Below, piece after piece: positions 30,366-41,081 of a DNA stretch of 64,000 nucleotides. Both the position numbers and the translations under genes were made by a program. The stretch comes from an uncultured virus (IMG/VR IMGVR_UViG_3300037156_000055). Taxonomy: Duplodnaviria > Heunggongvirae > Uroviricota > Caudoviricetes. The stretch lies in the IMG/VR virus record IMGVR_UViG_3300037156_000055. One strand, written 5' to 3'. Below the pieces are notes generated by a model, which had not been told where the DNA came from, did not search any database, and worked only from the letters and a program-made list of their open reading frames with translations. Numbering within the stretch: position 1 is the stretch's first letter; the number at the start of each line of letters is the position of its first letter.

Positions 30366-31517
30366 CTAGGCTAGTTTGCCAACTTGGAAGTTGCGGAGTT
30401 GCGGATCGGCCTGAGCCAACGCAATCGAACGCGCTTCATAACGCTTGGCAAGCTGACGCTGACCGCCCGTTAGCGCATCTTCTTCCGAGACAGATGCTTC
30501 CAGTTGATCCCAACCCATAACGGCTGGTTGATCGGTAGCTACCATGAAGTAGCCCTGTGGGAAGAGGTTAATCGGTTGAACCCAAAGATTCATACCGAAC
30601 CAAGACATATTCTGTCCGTTCTCCGTGAAGCCCATATCTGCAGCTTCAGCCCATTTGGTCGGAGGAATTGCGTTCGCAGCCTGCGCGTTACCAGGGGTGC
30701 CCGAAATCGCGGCGACAATTGACGCCTGATTCCAATACGCTTCCCACGGCTTGCCCGTGATCGGGATGAACAGACTCTTCGCCATACGATTCTGGAGAAT
30801 AGAAAGCGAACGAATCGCCCGGAACACGTTACGAGTCAAACCACCTTCAACTGTTACGTTGAGGATGTTGGTTGTCTCAACCGAACCCGGATCAACAAAG
30901 TTGTCGAGTAGGTAAGGTGAACGACCAACATACGGTGTTGACGCAAAGTACGCAGCAAGACTCACAGCAATCGTTTGATTGACTGGCTGGCTGAGAAGTG
31001 TATTGATGATGAACTGTTGCTTAGCAACAGCCATATCATTTGCAATACGCTTTAGAGCCTGTTCTTTTTCGCCGAACTTACCAATGTTGAAGCTTGCGTT
31101 AACAAGATTCGGAACCAGAATCTCTTCCGAGAAGTACTGGAATGGCGTGACTTGCACACCAGACTGTAGTGTCTGGAACTTGACCATCGGAGGTCCACCG
31201 GCGAGATGCCCGACGTTAATACGAACGGGGTAATCTTGACGGTACTTGTAAACTGGAACTTCGCCGATTTGCAACGGAACGAACTCTGCGAAGTGATCAC
31301 CAAGCGAATGGAACGCACGAACATTGAGGTCGATGTAGGTCGCTTCAGCCTGCATAATCGTTACTGCGCCCTGATAGGCCGCATTCTCTTCAGAGTTTGC
31401 CATCTGCTCAGCAGACTTAGCACGATCTTTAGTAGGAACCGAATGATACTTCTCAAGTTTTGAGATAGCATCTTCCTGATATGATTGATTGGCGGAAAGC
31501 CCGAAATATTCGCCCAT
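30366..31517 (-). CDS. major capsid protein
   Basis: 383 aa; order portal-protease-decoration-capsid, followed by stem-loop. Confidence 0.75.
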   Translation of the reverse strand: MGEYFGLSANQSYQEDAISKLEKYHSVPTKDRAKSAEQMANSEENAAYQGAVTIMQAEATYIDLNVRAFHSLGDHFAEFVPLQIGEVPVYKYRQDYPVRINVGHLAGGPPMVKFQTLQSGVQVTPFQYFSEEILVPNLVNASFNIGKFGEKEQALKRIANDMAVAKQQFIINTLLSQPVNQTIAVSLAAYFASTPYVGRSPYLLDNFVDPGSVETTNILNVTVEGGLTRNVFRAIRSLSILQNRMAKSLFIPITGKPWEAYWNQASIVAAISGTPGNAQAANAIPPTKWAEAADMGFTENGQNMSWFGMNLWVQPINLFPQGYFMVATDQPAVMGWDQLEASVSEEDALTGGQRQLAKRYEARSIALAQADPQLRNFQVGKLA

Positions 31518-32023
31518 TATAGCACCATTACCCGAATAGCTTGTGTGCCGTTAACCATGGCGTTACCTAGAAGCTTAGCGCGTGTGATCGAACCACCAGT
31601 ACCAGTTGTCACGAACTGACCGTTCAAGATACCCAAAAGGGAATCAGGAGCGGTATTACCTGAAACTGCACCGGCTACGATTGAAGCACCAAACGATGTC
31701 GTAGAGAGAATATCCCCAGGACCCGTGTGCCAAATAGCGCAAGGGGTACCGATTTTGGTTGTAAGGTCTAGAATGCCAGAAACGGTATTGAAGAACGATG
31801 CGCCTGTGGCGTTAACATCGTAATACAGAACACCGAGTTCGCGATCTAGAGCAACGGTAACGCTACCGTTAGTTACTCGGCCGTAGGGGGTATCGCCCAC
31901 ACCGACGACTGTAAGATCAGTCGTGTCGCGTGTGATGAGAGTACCAGCTACTGCTGCGGCTCCTAGAACGAAGACTTGCGAAAGTTTACGCTCATGGAAA
32001 CCATAATCTGGTTTGACAGCCAT
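31517..32023 (-). CDS. head decoration protein
   Basis: 168 aa Gly/Thr-rich ORF between scaffold and capsid genes. Confidence 0.6.
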   Translation of the reverse strand: MAVKPDYGFHERKLSQVFVLGAAAVAGTLITRDTTDLTVVGVGDTPYGRVTNGSVTVALDRELGVLYYDVNATGASFFNTVSGILDLTTKIGTPCAIWHTGPGDILSTTSFGASIVAGAVSGNTAPDSLLGILNGQFVTTGTGGSITRAKLLGNAMVNGTQAIRVMVL

Positions 32024-32097
32024 TATGAATTCTCCAAAATGAAAAAGACCGCTAAGTGCAGTCCTATCAACTAGATGAGGATGGTTTTAAGAGCGAG

Positions 32098-33651
32098 CTA
32101 TGCGTACAACGCGGCTTGGGCCGAATTAGCAATCAACTTAACAGACGCACCACTAAGAGCGCGAAGCCCTGCGTGTTCATCTGTTAGTGTCAACGAAGCT
32201 GTCTCATCAGTTGCAGATTTCCCGCCAGCTTTAAGCCGACGTTCTAGCGAAGCGTTCTCTTCTTTAAGGAGGCGATTCTTAAATTGATCTTCGTTCTCTG
32301 CGGCCAGAGCAACGATTAGTACAGCCTTCTCAGTATCGGCGACGGCAAAGCCTTCAACCTTAACGAGTTCAGCTAGACGAGTATTAGCAACTACAATGGC
32401 AGCAGCTTCATCAGCAGCATCTTTGAGTGCTTTGTTCTCAGCTTTGAGATTTGCAATCTCAGTATCTTTAAGAGCGATTGCATCGTCCTTAAGACCTACG
32501 TTTGTACCGAGAGTCGCTTTCTCTTCTTGAGCAACGCGAATCTGTTCTTTCAGTTCGGCGATTGAGCGATCAAGTGGGTCCTTGATAGCGGCAATCTCTT
32601 CTGCTGTGATAGCCATAGAGTAATCCCCCGTGAGTTGTTGGTGTGCTGTCCGCACACGTTGAAGTGCTGCAGAATGGACCGCCTGTGGGTACGGGCGTTT
32701 ACCATCCTTGTCAGGGCCAATCCCAGCGAGGGCGGCTTTGATCAATCCCTTGTGGGGGATTCCACTATAGTGATGCTTGTTAGATTCATATAGTGGTAAT
32801 TCTCGTTTACGAATAGATGGTGCAGTGCCAGCGAGTTCTTCGCCGCCTTGAACAACAGCAAATGCGCCATCGTCTAGACCATTCGTATCGTCGTTACTAA
32901 GAGACATCGGCTGCGTCTTACTATAAGACTCGTCTAAGGCCGATGAATCATCGTAGGTATCATTAGGTGCTGGCTTAGCAGCTAGTACATCCACAGTGTT
33001 ATCCTTACTTGCTGCCATATCGAAGACTTGAGCAGTCGTATCAGCAGGAGAGCCAGTCATTGCAACGCCGCGAACGCGCCGTGGAATGCAAGCCTCAACC
33101 ACTTTGAATCCGTCATGGAGTTGCCCGCGTCGGATTCCCATACTCAGTGCCTCTTCAGCACTATAGACTTTCTGATCTTTGATATTCGTAGAGTTGGGTT
33201 TCAGCATAACGATAAACTTACTCTTCGAGCGATCACAATTGATTTCAACACTCTGACTAGAGTAGTCACCATCTTTGCCAAAATCATCCGGTGTTATGCC
33301 ATGCTCTTCAAGTAACCGGCGATCAAGCTGATTTAGAACATCTACACCAACACCAGGAATGTACTTCTCTTTAGTTGTTACGCCGACTACGATGCTTTTG
33401 CGACCTTGACCGACTGTGTGATCGAGATTTACGATCTTACCACGGAAGGTTAAGTTCTCATCATCGCCGGTTGCATACAACCTCGAAATATCTTCTTCAA
33501 ACCAAGTTGCATCGTTACCGTTCTTAACCGGCCAGAAAGACATCGCTCGTCCAACCGTATACACAAATTCTGTGTTAGATACGGGAACGGATAACGATGA
33601 CTTCCCACTCGGAGTTGGAACAGAAAGAATGGCTACTTCATCTTCATACAT
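32098..33651 (-). CDS. prohead protease-scaffold fusion
   Basis: N-terminal NGN..F, VNLDH, SQSVE, GVA..SPAD protease-like motifs; C-terminal coiled coil. Confidence 0.7.
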   Translation of the reverse strand: MYEDEVAILSVPTPSGKSSLSVPVSNTEFVYTVGRAMSFWPVKNGNDATWFEEDISRLYATGDDENLTFRGKIVNLDHTVGQGRKSIVVGVTTKEKYIPGVGVDVLNQLDRRLLEEHGITPDDFGKDGDYSSQSVEINCDRSKSKFIVMLKPNSTNIKDQKVYSAEEALSMGIRRGQLHDGFKVVEACIPRRVRGVAMTGSPADTTAQVFDMAASKDNTVDVLAAKPAPNDTYDDSSALDESYSKTQPMSLSNDDTNGLDDGAFAVVQGGEELAGTAPSIRKRELPLYESNKHHYSGIPHKGLIKAALAGIGPDKDGKRPYPQAVHSAALQRVRTAHQQLTGDYSMAITAEEIAAIKDPLDRSIAELKEQIRVAQEEKATLGTNVGLKDDAIALKDTEIANLKAENKALKDAADEAAAIVVANTRLAELVKVEGFAVADTEKAVLIVALAAENEDQFKNRLLKEENASLERRLKAGGKSATDETASLTLTDEHAGLRALSGASVKLIANSAQAALYA

Positions 33652-33663
33652 AGTCCACTCTTT

Positions 33664-35295
33664 CTACTTCCCGGTGCCGGGGCGAGGCTGACTGCGTGTT
33701 GCAGGATTCATAGGTTTACCACTATTGTTTGGCGCTCCAGGGTCTTGGTCTGGATCACCATGAGCAACATCGAAGAGAGGCATAAGTACATCTTGGTACT
33801 CCTTCTCTTCTTGCTTGCGTAATAGCTCTGTATCAAAGTCTCGCGACTTACCTTCGAGCAGTGAACGATTTGAAATCGCACCGCGATCCCATTTACCGTT
33901 CAACTCGTCCTGAACTTGCTTATCATCTTTAAGACAGTCGGTATCGAATTCAACTAACACTTCTGCTTTGTCTCCACCAGTCTTACGATTGGTGTAGCCT
34001 TCGCGCATATGCGGCATCAGTTTATCTAATAGCTGTTCGATTACATCAAGTCGTGCAACGTGAATGTCTTCGCGAAATGGCTTGAGGGAAAGCGATGCTG
34101 AAGCGAAGTCCCCTGCCATTGATGTAAAGACGCCCGGCACACCCATAACGTATTCAATCTGCTTATTGAACTCGGTATACTTAGCACCATCGAGGTTCTT
34201 AGGATCGGGATAAACATATCGAATGTTGACTGTTGGGTCAACGAATGCCATCATAGCGAACTCTGGCCGTACAAATGCAGCCGCGAGCTTCTGCAGTGCA
34301 ATCTGATCTGGAGGAGAGTAATTATCTCCCTCTAGTTTCGGATCACCGATACTTACTAATGCAATGACGTTCTTAATCAGCCAAGCTGTAGAGAAGTCAC
34401 CGCTCATAAGCATCTTCGTAGTCTGCAGAGCATCGAATGCCGCAGATAACGGAACACCACCGATGGTATGTTCTAAGAATCCACGGTGAGAAAATAGCGA
34501 CAAGTCGTTTTCTACAAGCGCGAATTCTTCTTCCTTAAGCGGAATCTCTTCGTTCCTCATGATGTATGGAATCCAATAAGACGGCAAGTTCGCTTTTAGG
34601 AACTTGTACTCTGGACTCTTATTCACCGACCCGTTTTGCATGATCGATACCCAACGAGCTTCTGGTCTAACAAACACATGCGTTTTTGTTAGGAAGCGCC
34701 GGACGATGATGCTGCGCGGATCGAGGAGACATACACCTTGAATGGGGCGCTGAGCGCCCCAATACACAACATTACGGCCAACAGTCCAATAATACTTGAA
34801 CAGATGACCGAGTAGTTGACGAATCTTGAGTCGCTTAAATTCCTTCGTGAAGAAATCCTTAGCCGTCGGCAATCCAAGAAGTGTCATCTCGCGTGTGGCG
34901 AAATTCTTCTTCACTTTGATCGTGCGGTAGACAATGAAGTTGTCTTCTGCATACTGCATCGACAAATTCATGATACCAGCTACGTCGCGAGGCTTATTGA
35001 GTTCGCTGATTGGATTACGCTTAGAAAAACGGTCGTTATACACGCCCGGTGTATTTACAATCGTTTCAGCATAATCTGCGTATTCAGTATCGATGTCGCG
35101 GGGCTGAATGAACATAGACATTAAATCGCGCTGTTGAGCGTTACTCAATTTGCCAGATGACTGCTCAACGTCCATAAGACCGTCGAACAATGGCATCGTA
35201 AGACCGCCTGCGCGTTCATACTTCTTCGTTAGTTCTTCTACGGCCGCTTTCGTGAATGGGTGCCCGTTTGGATCGACAAGACCGTTCATAGGCAC
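33664..35295 (-). CDS. portal protein
   Basis: 543 aa directly after terminase; LLDPRSI, MGVP, ISNRSLLE. Confidence 0.8.
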   Translation of the reverse strand: MPMNGLVDPNGHPFTKAAVEELTKKYERAGGLTMPLFDGLMDVEQSSGKLSNAQQRDLMSMFIQPRDIDTEYADYAETIVNTPGVYNDRFSKRNPISELNKPRDVAGIMNLSMQYAEDNFIVYRTIKVKKNFATREMTLLGLPTAKDFFTKEFKRLKIRQLLGHLFKYYWTVGRNVVYWGAQRPIQGVCLLDPRSIIVRRFLTKTHVFVRPEARWVSIMQNGSVNKSPEYKFLKANLPSYWIPYIMRNEEIPLKEEEFALVENDLSLFSHRGFLEHTIGGVPLSAAFDALQTTKMLMSGDFSTAWLIKNVIALVSIGDPKLEGDNYSPPDQIALQKLAAAFVRPEFAMMAFVDPTVNIRYVYPDPKNLDGAKYTEFNKQIEYVMGVPGVFTSMAGDFASASLSLKPFREDIHVARLDVIEQLLDKLMPHMREGYTNRKTGGDKAEVLVEFDTDCLKDDKQVQDELNGKWDRGAISNRSLLEGKSRDFDTELLRKQEEKEYQDVLMPLFDVAHGDPDQDPGAPNNSGKPMNPATRSQPRPGTGK

Positions 35296-35300
35296 CCTTT

Positions 35301-37187
35301 CTAATAGAGTCGCGCAGAAACTACGTGATGCGTTTCAACTGGAACCTCTTCAGCTTGTGAACCCCACACCATTGGTGCGTCAGTTCTCTTTTGCTTAGGA
35401 GCTAGTGCTTTATACGCAATGTTCGCAGCCCAGTTGGCGTAGATCACTGAATATGCGCCGTCATCATGAACGGGGCGTGTAAATGTATAATTACCCTTGG
35501 AATCGGTAATCGGTTTCCCTTCGCGATCTTTCTTGCGATCGATCTTCGGGAATTGACCAAGAGCTTCACGAATGTTATCAAGAATTTCGCCCTTGCTTGA
35601 CTTCTCATTGTAATACTCGGCGTCAGCAGTAGACATTGCTGTTCTAACTGTGCCGTTATCGAAACGAGCTTTCATATCAAGATGAAATGCGTTCTTGAGT
35701 TCAATCTCACTACTGATAGTTGAATCAACACGCGGGCCGAAAAGGCCAGATATCATAGTCTCGTCACTGGGACGAGTTAATACGACCTTTGCGCGACCCT
35801 GAAGTACATCTGGATGATCCCACGGATACATTGGTATGCATTCAGTAGAAACACCGTCAATGATCTGAGTCTTCTTCGTACAAGCTTCCGCAACTTGATA
35901 TCCGAGTGTACCACTCTTATCGAGTACAAAGTAATCGATGCTAGGATACTTGTTCTTTATCTTGTGCATGTGCCCAGCGATTTCTTCTGGACTTTGCTTT
36001 TCCCACTTGTAAACTGCGTGAAGATTTCGAACTTCATTGCCCGGCAAGCTCATAACAGCTATCTGTGTAGCGTCACTACCCATGCCAGCAGGATCGACTC
36101 CAGCAACGAATACCATTGAACTCTTATCCGGCGCTTTATCTAGCACCGGAACTTCAGCCGATTGACTCTCCATAATCTTATCAGTACGATACCAATTCGC
36201 GGACGACTTAATCCACTCGTTATAGTACGTCATACGCATCTCATCGCTGAGAATGCCTGTTACCTTATCCCTGCCTGTTTCCAATTGATGTAGGATTACG
36301 GCTAATGCGGCCGGGAAAGATTTTTTCGTATCTTCCGGTTCATCGGGATTAACTGGTCGCTGACTATTGATTACGTCATCGATAGTGATATCGAGGATGG
36401 CATAACCAGGGCGACCAAGTTTGATATAACGTGCGATGTCCATCAAAACAGAGTAGGCAAAGCAATCTTGATACCATGAAGTGGTAAGATGGATAAGCTT
36501 TGCGGGCTGCTCGCCCTTTTGGACGTTCAGGAATGGAACAACGTGTGATACATAGAGTTCACGCGGAAACAGATAGAACTCATCGAGTACAAGTACCGTT
36601 GCACGTTTACCGCGCAACGTCGAACCATCTCCAGCAGGCAACGCTTCAATTGAACTACCATTGATGAAAGTCATAATGACTTCATGGCCGCGTTTGATGT
36701 TGTCTTCCGGAATGTCTGCTTCGAGCTTGTAGATTAGCGCATCGATCTGAGAATTCGTTTTAATGATCTGCGCGCAGTAATCGTAGAGCGTCTTCGATTG
36801 CCTAAAGGAAGGCGCGATAATCTTTGCTGCTTGAAACGGGAACCTCAAGCTGTACGATACGAGCCAACGCGCAAGCGTATAGGATTTCGCCGAACCGCGA
36901 GCCGCTTGAATCCAAACGACCGTGTTGTTTTCGCATGTGCGAGTTATCGAACCCTGAAAGTCGTAAAGCGGTTCGAATGTACCTTCTTGCCAGTTCTGCC
37001 AATTGTTGCTTTCAGGAAAGAAGAATTCGTCAGCAAAGAATACGTCGCGCTTGATGTGTTCACACATCTGCTCGATAGTAGGTACATCTGCTGCGCTAAC
37101 CCAACTTTGTGGGATGATTGCTAAATCAGCTTTTCTCTGGGTTGAAAGAAAGGATTGCGGTTCTGAAATCGTGTTCATCTGCAACAT
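35301..37187 (-). CDS. terL: terminase large subunit
   Basis: Walker A AARGSAKS, LRGKRATVLVLDE Walker B, GVDPA and HDD nuclease motifs. Confidence 0.93.
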   Translation of the reverse strand: MLQMNTISEPQSFLSTQRKADLAIIPQSWVSAADVPTIEQMCEHIKRDVFFADEFFFPESNNWQNWQEGTFEPLYDFQGSITRTCENNTVVWIQAARGSAKSYTLARWLVSYSLRFPFQAAKIIAPSFRQSKTLYDYCAQIIKTNSQIDALIYKLEADIPEDNIKRGHEVIMTFINGSSIEALPAGDGSTLRGKRATVLVLDEFYLFPRELYVSHVVPFLNVQKGEQPAKLIHLTTSWYQDCFAYSVLMDIARYIKLGRPGYAILDITIDDVINSQRPVNPDEPEDTKKSFPAALAVILHQLETGRDKVTGILSDEMRMTYYNEWIKSSANWYRTDKIMESQSAEVPVLDKAPDKSSMVFVAGVDPAGMGSDATQIAVMSLPGNEVRNLHAVYKWEKQSPEEIAGHMHKIKNKYPSIDYFVLDKSGTLGYQVAEACTKKTQIIDGVSTECIPMYPWDHPDVLQGRAKVVLTRPSDETMISGLFGPRVDSTISSEIELKNAFHLDMKARFDNGTVRTAMSTADAEYYNEKSSKGEILDNIREALGQFPKIDRKKDREGKPITDSKGNYTFTRPVHDDGAYSVIYANWAANIAYKALAPKQKRTDAPMVWGSQAEEVPVETHHVVSARLY

Positions 37188-38010
37188 CTGCCGTCTTATC
37201 GAACGTTACATCAACAACATCAAGCAGCTTCACGCGAATGCGTTCAACAATGTTTGCCATGACTGTCGCTTCACGCCGATGAAACGCTTCTTGCCGTTCA
37301 GGCGACATCTTGCGAAGAGTATTCGCATAGCCGCAAATCAGTTGAGAAACTGAATCGCTACCGAGTAAGTTTGACGCACGACGCTGCTTGACTGTTAAAG
37401 CCAAGCTACTCATGCTATCGCCATATCTTGTATTTGCCGCAGCAAGACTTTTGTTTATGAACTGCAGTTTTTCGTTATCAGGATTTCTACTATCACGAAG
37501 TTGATCTAGCTCATCGTAAAATTCTGCAATCATAACTTCGTCACGGGCAGCAGTCATGCAAATCATGCGCGCCGCAGGATCGCGTTCGCACATGCTCCAT
37601 AACTCGTCCATACGAGCGTCGATCTTGGTTTGCTTCTCTGTATCTTTAGCAAGCTTCTCTTCGTTAGTAGGAGGAGGCAATTTCTGTATGTTAGCTGGTG
37701 CAGCAGCTTGTAATCTCGCAATGTCTACTTTAGACGGAGAATACGTCGGCGCACCCATGCTGAACTTTGGAAACTTCTTTGCGTAGAGCTTGGTATCCCA
37801 AACTCTGCCGCCAGACATTCGATGTGCTTTAAGATGAGGAGAAAGCGAACGACCTTGCCAACCACAAATCGTAGTCGATCCGCGTTCTTTAACTTGACAC
37901 GGCGAACAAAGAATAATCGTTGATGAGCCAGAATCCGGGAATGTCGTTGTAGCTTCGACCTTCTTGGGTCGCCCCACAGGTCGTTTGGTGGCCGTCTGGG
38001 ACTTTGCCAA
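37126..38010 (-). CDS. putative terminase small subunit
   Basis: Overlaps terL start; helical and basic N-terminus (GRPKK). Confidence 0.45.
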   Translation of the reverse strand: MAKSQTATKRPVGRPKKVEATTTFPDSGSSTIILCSPCQVKERGSTTICGWQGRSLSPHLKAHRMSGGRVWDTKLYAKKFPKFSMGAPTYSPSKVDIARLQAAAPANIQKLPPPTNEEKLAKDTEKQTKIDARMDELWSMCERDPAARMICMTAARDEVMIAEFYDELDQLRDSRNPDNEKLQFINKSLAAANTRYGDSMSSLALTVKQRRASNLLGSDSVSQLICGYANTLRKMSPERQEAFHRREATVMANIVERIRVKLLDVVDVTFDKTADVADEHDFRTAILSFNPEKS

Positions 38011-38190
38011 TGGACGATCCAGTTCCCCACCATGGTTGATATGGATTCGTCATAGGAACCCAAGTCGGCGGAATATACGTTGGCCCGATATAGGGAACGT
38101 AAGCAGGCCGATTCAGCGGCTTACTAGCGCCGCATGATCGACATAAAGCAACAGTCTCTTCTTCAACCCAGTTAGGTTGTGAACAGCACA

Positions 38191-38478
38191 TTATAGATTC
38201 AATCGACTTACTTGATCCGGCGTTAGCCGTAGATCAGCGGTCGTCGGAGGTTCGTGACCAGGATTGATCTCGCTGCCGTCATTCTTGACTAGCTTCGGTG
38301 CATCTGAGAACTTGCCCCAACCGCGTGTGGGTGTAGCATCAGGACTTAGATTGACCTGCGTGATTATAATTTTCTGTGTGCCGCCGCAGTCGCAGTAACC
38401 GCGCTCTGCATCGGCATAATCGCATTTGCGCTCAACAACTGTGTTGCATGAGTCGCATCGTAAATCGTAGGTACTCAT
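38191..38478 (-). CDS. FmdB-like zinc-ribbon protein
   Basis: MSTYDLRCDSC...CDCGG..KII. Confidence 0.7.
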   Translation of the reverse strand: MSTYDLRCDSCNTVVERKCDYADAERGYCDCGGTQKIIITQVNLSPDATPTRGWGKFSDAPKLVKNDGSEINPGHEPPTTADLRLTPDQVSRLNL

Positions 38479-38494
38479 TTTCAATTTCCAATGC

Positions 38495-38535
38495 AAAAGA
38501 AATGAGCGCAGAGCATCTTTTAGATGATGCGCTCA
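38495..38535 (-). terminator. intrinsic terminator
   Basis: TGAGCGCA...TGCGCTCA stem followed by TTTCTTTT on minus strand. Confidence 0.55.
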
Positions 38536-38585
38536 CTATGATTCATGAAAAGCCCATAGCTAACTGAGTTAGCAGGGCGACATGA

Positions 38586-39305
38586 TTAAACTGCGCGTTC
38601 GACCGATACCGCAACGATTGCGGCATACGTGGCATCGAGATTCTGCGCCGTTACCATAACATGCGTAACGGTTGCAGCATCTGTGCGCTGTGGGTTATTC
38701 TGATTGTAAATCTTCGACGCAACCGCAGGTGCAGACGAAACAACCGAAGCGGGAACAGTCCACGTACCAGCATTGGTAGCAACGAATGTTGCACCGTTGT
38801 TATACGAAACAAGCATCGAACCAGTTAGACCAGTTGTACCCGAAACAGTTGCGGCAGCACCGTTGGTCGGCGACGGCGTAGCCCATGTCGCTGTAAGAAT
38901 TGCACCAGTCGAAGAAGCCGAGAACGGAAGCGTATTAGCAGCGGTACCAACAACGTTAGCAGTAAAGGTTACTGTACCAACGCCCGAAGTAATCGCACCA
39001 AGACCCTTGATCGATGGGAACGTATTCAAATATGCCGCGAGGTTCGTCGCGAGCAGCGTAAGGGTCGAATCGCCAACTACTGACGGATATGAGAATGCTA
39101 CGCCAGCACAAACGCCGATAACAGAACTACCGACGCCGCCAACACCTGTCATCGTTAGGACATCAGTACCAGCGGTACCGCCTGTACCGACATAGGTCGC
39201 TGCGATCTGAACTTCTTGTGATTCGGCCGGGTTGGTCAAAGGAACGATTACTGAACGAAAACCAGCATTGGGAACAGTCAGTAGAAGAGGGGTTGTATCC
39301 AACAT
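38586..39305 (-). CDS. structural protein with a tail-sheath-like subdomain
   Basis: GDS.....ATNLAAYLN....GTVTFTA...GTAAN. Confidence 0.5.
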   Translation of the reverse strand: MLDTTPLLLTVPNAGFRSVIVPLTNPAESQEVQIAATYVGTGGTAGTDVLTMTGVGGVGSSVIGVCAGVAFSYPSVVGDSTLTLLATNLAAYLNTFPSIKGLGAITSGVGTVTFTANVVGTAANTLPFSASSTGAILTATWATPSPTNGAAATVSGTTGLTGSMLVSYNNGATFVATNAGTWTVPASVVSSAPAVASKIYNQNNPQRTDAATVTHVMVTAQNLDATYAAIVAVSVERAV

Positions 39306-39332
39306 AGTATTATGCCTTTCGCGTTATCGCGC

Positions 39333-39599
39333 TCAAGGCGCGTTGGAAGCATCGAGTGTCGCTTTAATGCGATTGTCAATTTCAGTTGCTCTAAACTCGA
39401 AGCCAACACTATTAGCAATCGAACAAGGACCGAGATTAGTTTCTACAACGTCGCTGCCGATTACAATGTACGATACGATTTGATCAGATTGAATTCGGTA
39501 AGCGCGGAGATTGAAGGCCCGAGGTCCTTCGATGGTATACATCCGTAATTGAGGCGGCGTGGCCGGATCAGTCGGAGTTTTAATATCGTAGACGCTCAT
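39333..39599 (-). CDS. hypothetical protein
   Basis: GAGG RBS; operon orientation. Confidence 0.6.
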   Translation of the reverse strand: MSVYDIKTPTDPATPPQLRMYTIEGPRAFNLRAYRIQSDQIVSYIVIGSDVVETNLGPCSIANSVGFEFRATEIDNRIKATLDASNAP

Positions 39600-39713
39600 A
39601 TCTTAACCTCAGTAGCCTTGACAGTTTTGTGAAGTGACTTCCAATGTTCGGTCATCTTCTCTCGAAGAACGATGCTATAGCATTCAATGCAGAATGCAAC
39701 TGCTACCGGCTTC

Positions 39714-40001
39714 TCATCCATGTAACACGGATTCGAATTGCGTGAAGAAGCCTTCTACCCCAGTATTCAGGTCGGCCGTAATTTCAGGCGCAGAACTCTT
39801 TAGGAATCCAAGCAGCGGGCCTTCAGCCATACGAAGCTCCATTGAGCTACGGGGGAAATTCTTATTTACGATTGCAATCGCTTGAGTGACAATAGCAGCG
39901 TCAGTACTTTCGATGAAAGCAAAGATTTTTGGCTTATCAGCTTCAAGAATTGCATACCCGGCTTTTTCAAGCGCAGATAAGAATTGATCTGATAAGTTCA
40001 T
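39714..40001 (-). CDS. hypothetical protein
   Basis: TAATG-coupled to upstream ORF. Confidence 0.6.
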   Translation of the reverse strand: MNLSDQFLSALEKAGYAILEADKPKIFAFIESTDAAIVTQAIAIVNKNFPRSSMELRMAEGPLLGFLKSSAPEITADLNTGVEGFFTQFESVLHG

Positions 40002-40225
40002 TACATCTTCGCTACAGTGACAGAAATACTGCCGACCTGAATTGTTCCAGTCGCGCCAAGTGCATAGGCTTCAAGTGCCGCAGTCGCCGATTTGTAATCA
40101 AAGTGAACTGGATTACCAGGGACTTGATTGATTGTAAGCGATTCATTTCCAACGCGAATTGATAACGATTTAGAAAGCCATGCGCCTAACGCAGCAATAA
40201 TGATCTGCATTGAATTGATTTTCAT
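40001..40225 (-). CDS. small hydrophobic protein
   Basis: AAGGA RBS; hydrophobic N-terminus. Confidence 0.6.
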   Translation of the reverse strand: MKINSMQIIIAALGAWLSKSLSIRVGNESLTINQVPGNPVHFDYKSATAALEAYALGATGTIQVGSISVTVAKM

Positions 40226-40314
40226 TTTCTTGATCCTTAAAATTTTGAGAGCCGGAGCGTGGACGAAACATTACCGGCGGCTATTGGTCTATCCCGACCC
40301 GCCGACTACACAAG

Positions 40315-40644
40315 TTATGAAGCTGCAGGTACGTCCCGAATGACGACACTTGCTGGCGCGTAAGCTGGCTTAACCGCATTGCGAATATTCTCGATTAGCG
40401 TTAGCACTTGCTTCGCGAATTCTTTAACGGCCGGATCGGCCTCAAGCTTATCGATATCCGAAATCAACATACTTACGTCGCTGATAACTGCCAATGTAGA
40501 ATCTGGCTTGACGAAGTTTGTGTCGGAAAGTACCGCAAGCACTTTATCGATTGCTTCTGTAACGTTCGGAGGAACTACACCAGAAGCTTTAGCAATTGCT
40601 TCGAGAGTCTTGAGTTCACCGAGGAGAGATAGTAGTTCTTGCAT
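40315..40644 (-). CDS. hypothetical amphipathic helical protein
   Basis: 109 aa ORF in operon orientation. Confidence 0.6.
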   Translation of the reverse strand: MQELLSLLGELKTLEAIAKASGVVPPNVTEAIDKVLAVLSDTNFVKPDSTLAVISDVSMLISDIDKLEADPAVKEFAKQVLTLIENIRNAVKPAYAPASVVIRDVPAAS

Positions 40645-41081
40645 TTGTTTTAACCTATCGTTAGCGTTAGCGTTTGGCCGACTTGGTAATCGCCAAGCTC
40701 AGCTAGCGGCACATGACGATTAAATCGCTGGCCGTCAGATATGTATCGGAAAGTAATTGTGCCGTGAGTATCACTCGGACTCGATAACGGCAAAGCTTGA
40801 CCGGCAGGGAACGTAGCGTTCAACATCTCGCCGTGAATACTTAAAACTTGAATCTTCTCTTCGAATGCCATTCTGGAATCCTTATGCTGAGTCTGCAAAT
40901 GCGAATAACTCGCTTTTGCTCAACACGTTGAATCCTGACGCAATAGCCACCAGCAACTAACGTGTTATAGAAATGCTGACTGATGATCGCCGAGACTGAT
41001 CCAGCCTCTAGGCGATATGGACTGACAGCAAGTAATGCCGCCAGGAGGTAAGCCACCATAGCAGCCTCCTCGGAGAATAAA

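Noticed and set aside
32650..32760. Further copy of the phased element (also about 19540-19620)
   Set aside because: GG/CC-rich but could not be aligned convincingly by eye
40245..40295. Possible hammerhead ribozyme (GGACGAAAC)
   Set aside because: No CUGANGA core or compatible stems, and it is antisense to the operon
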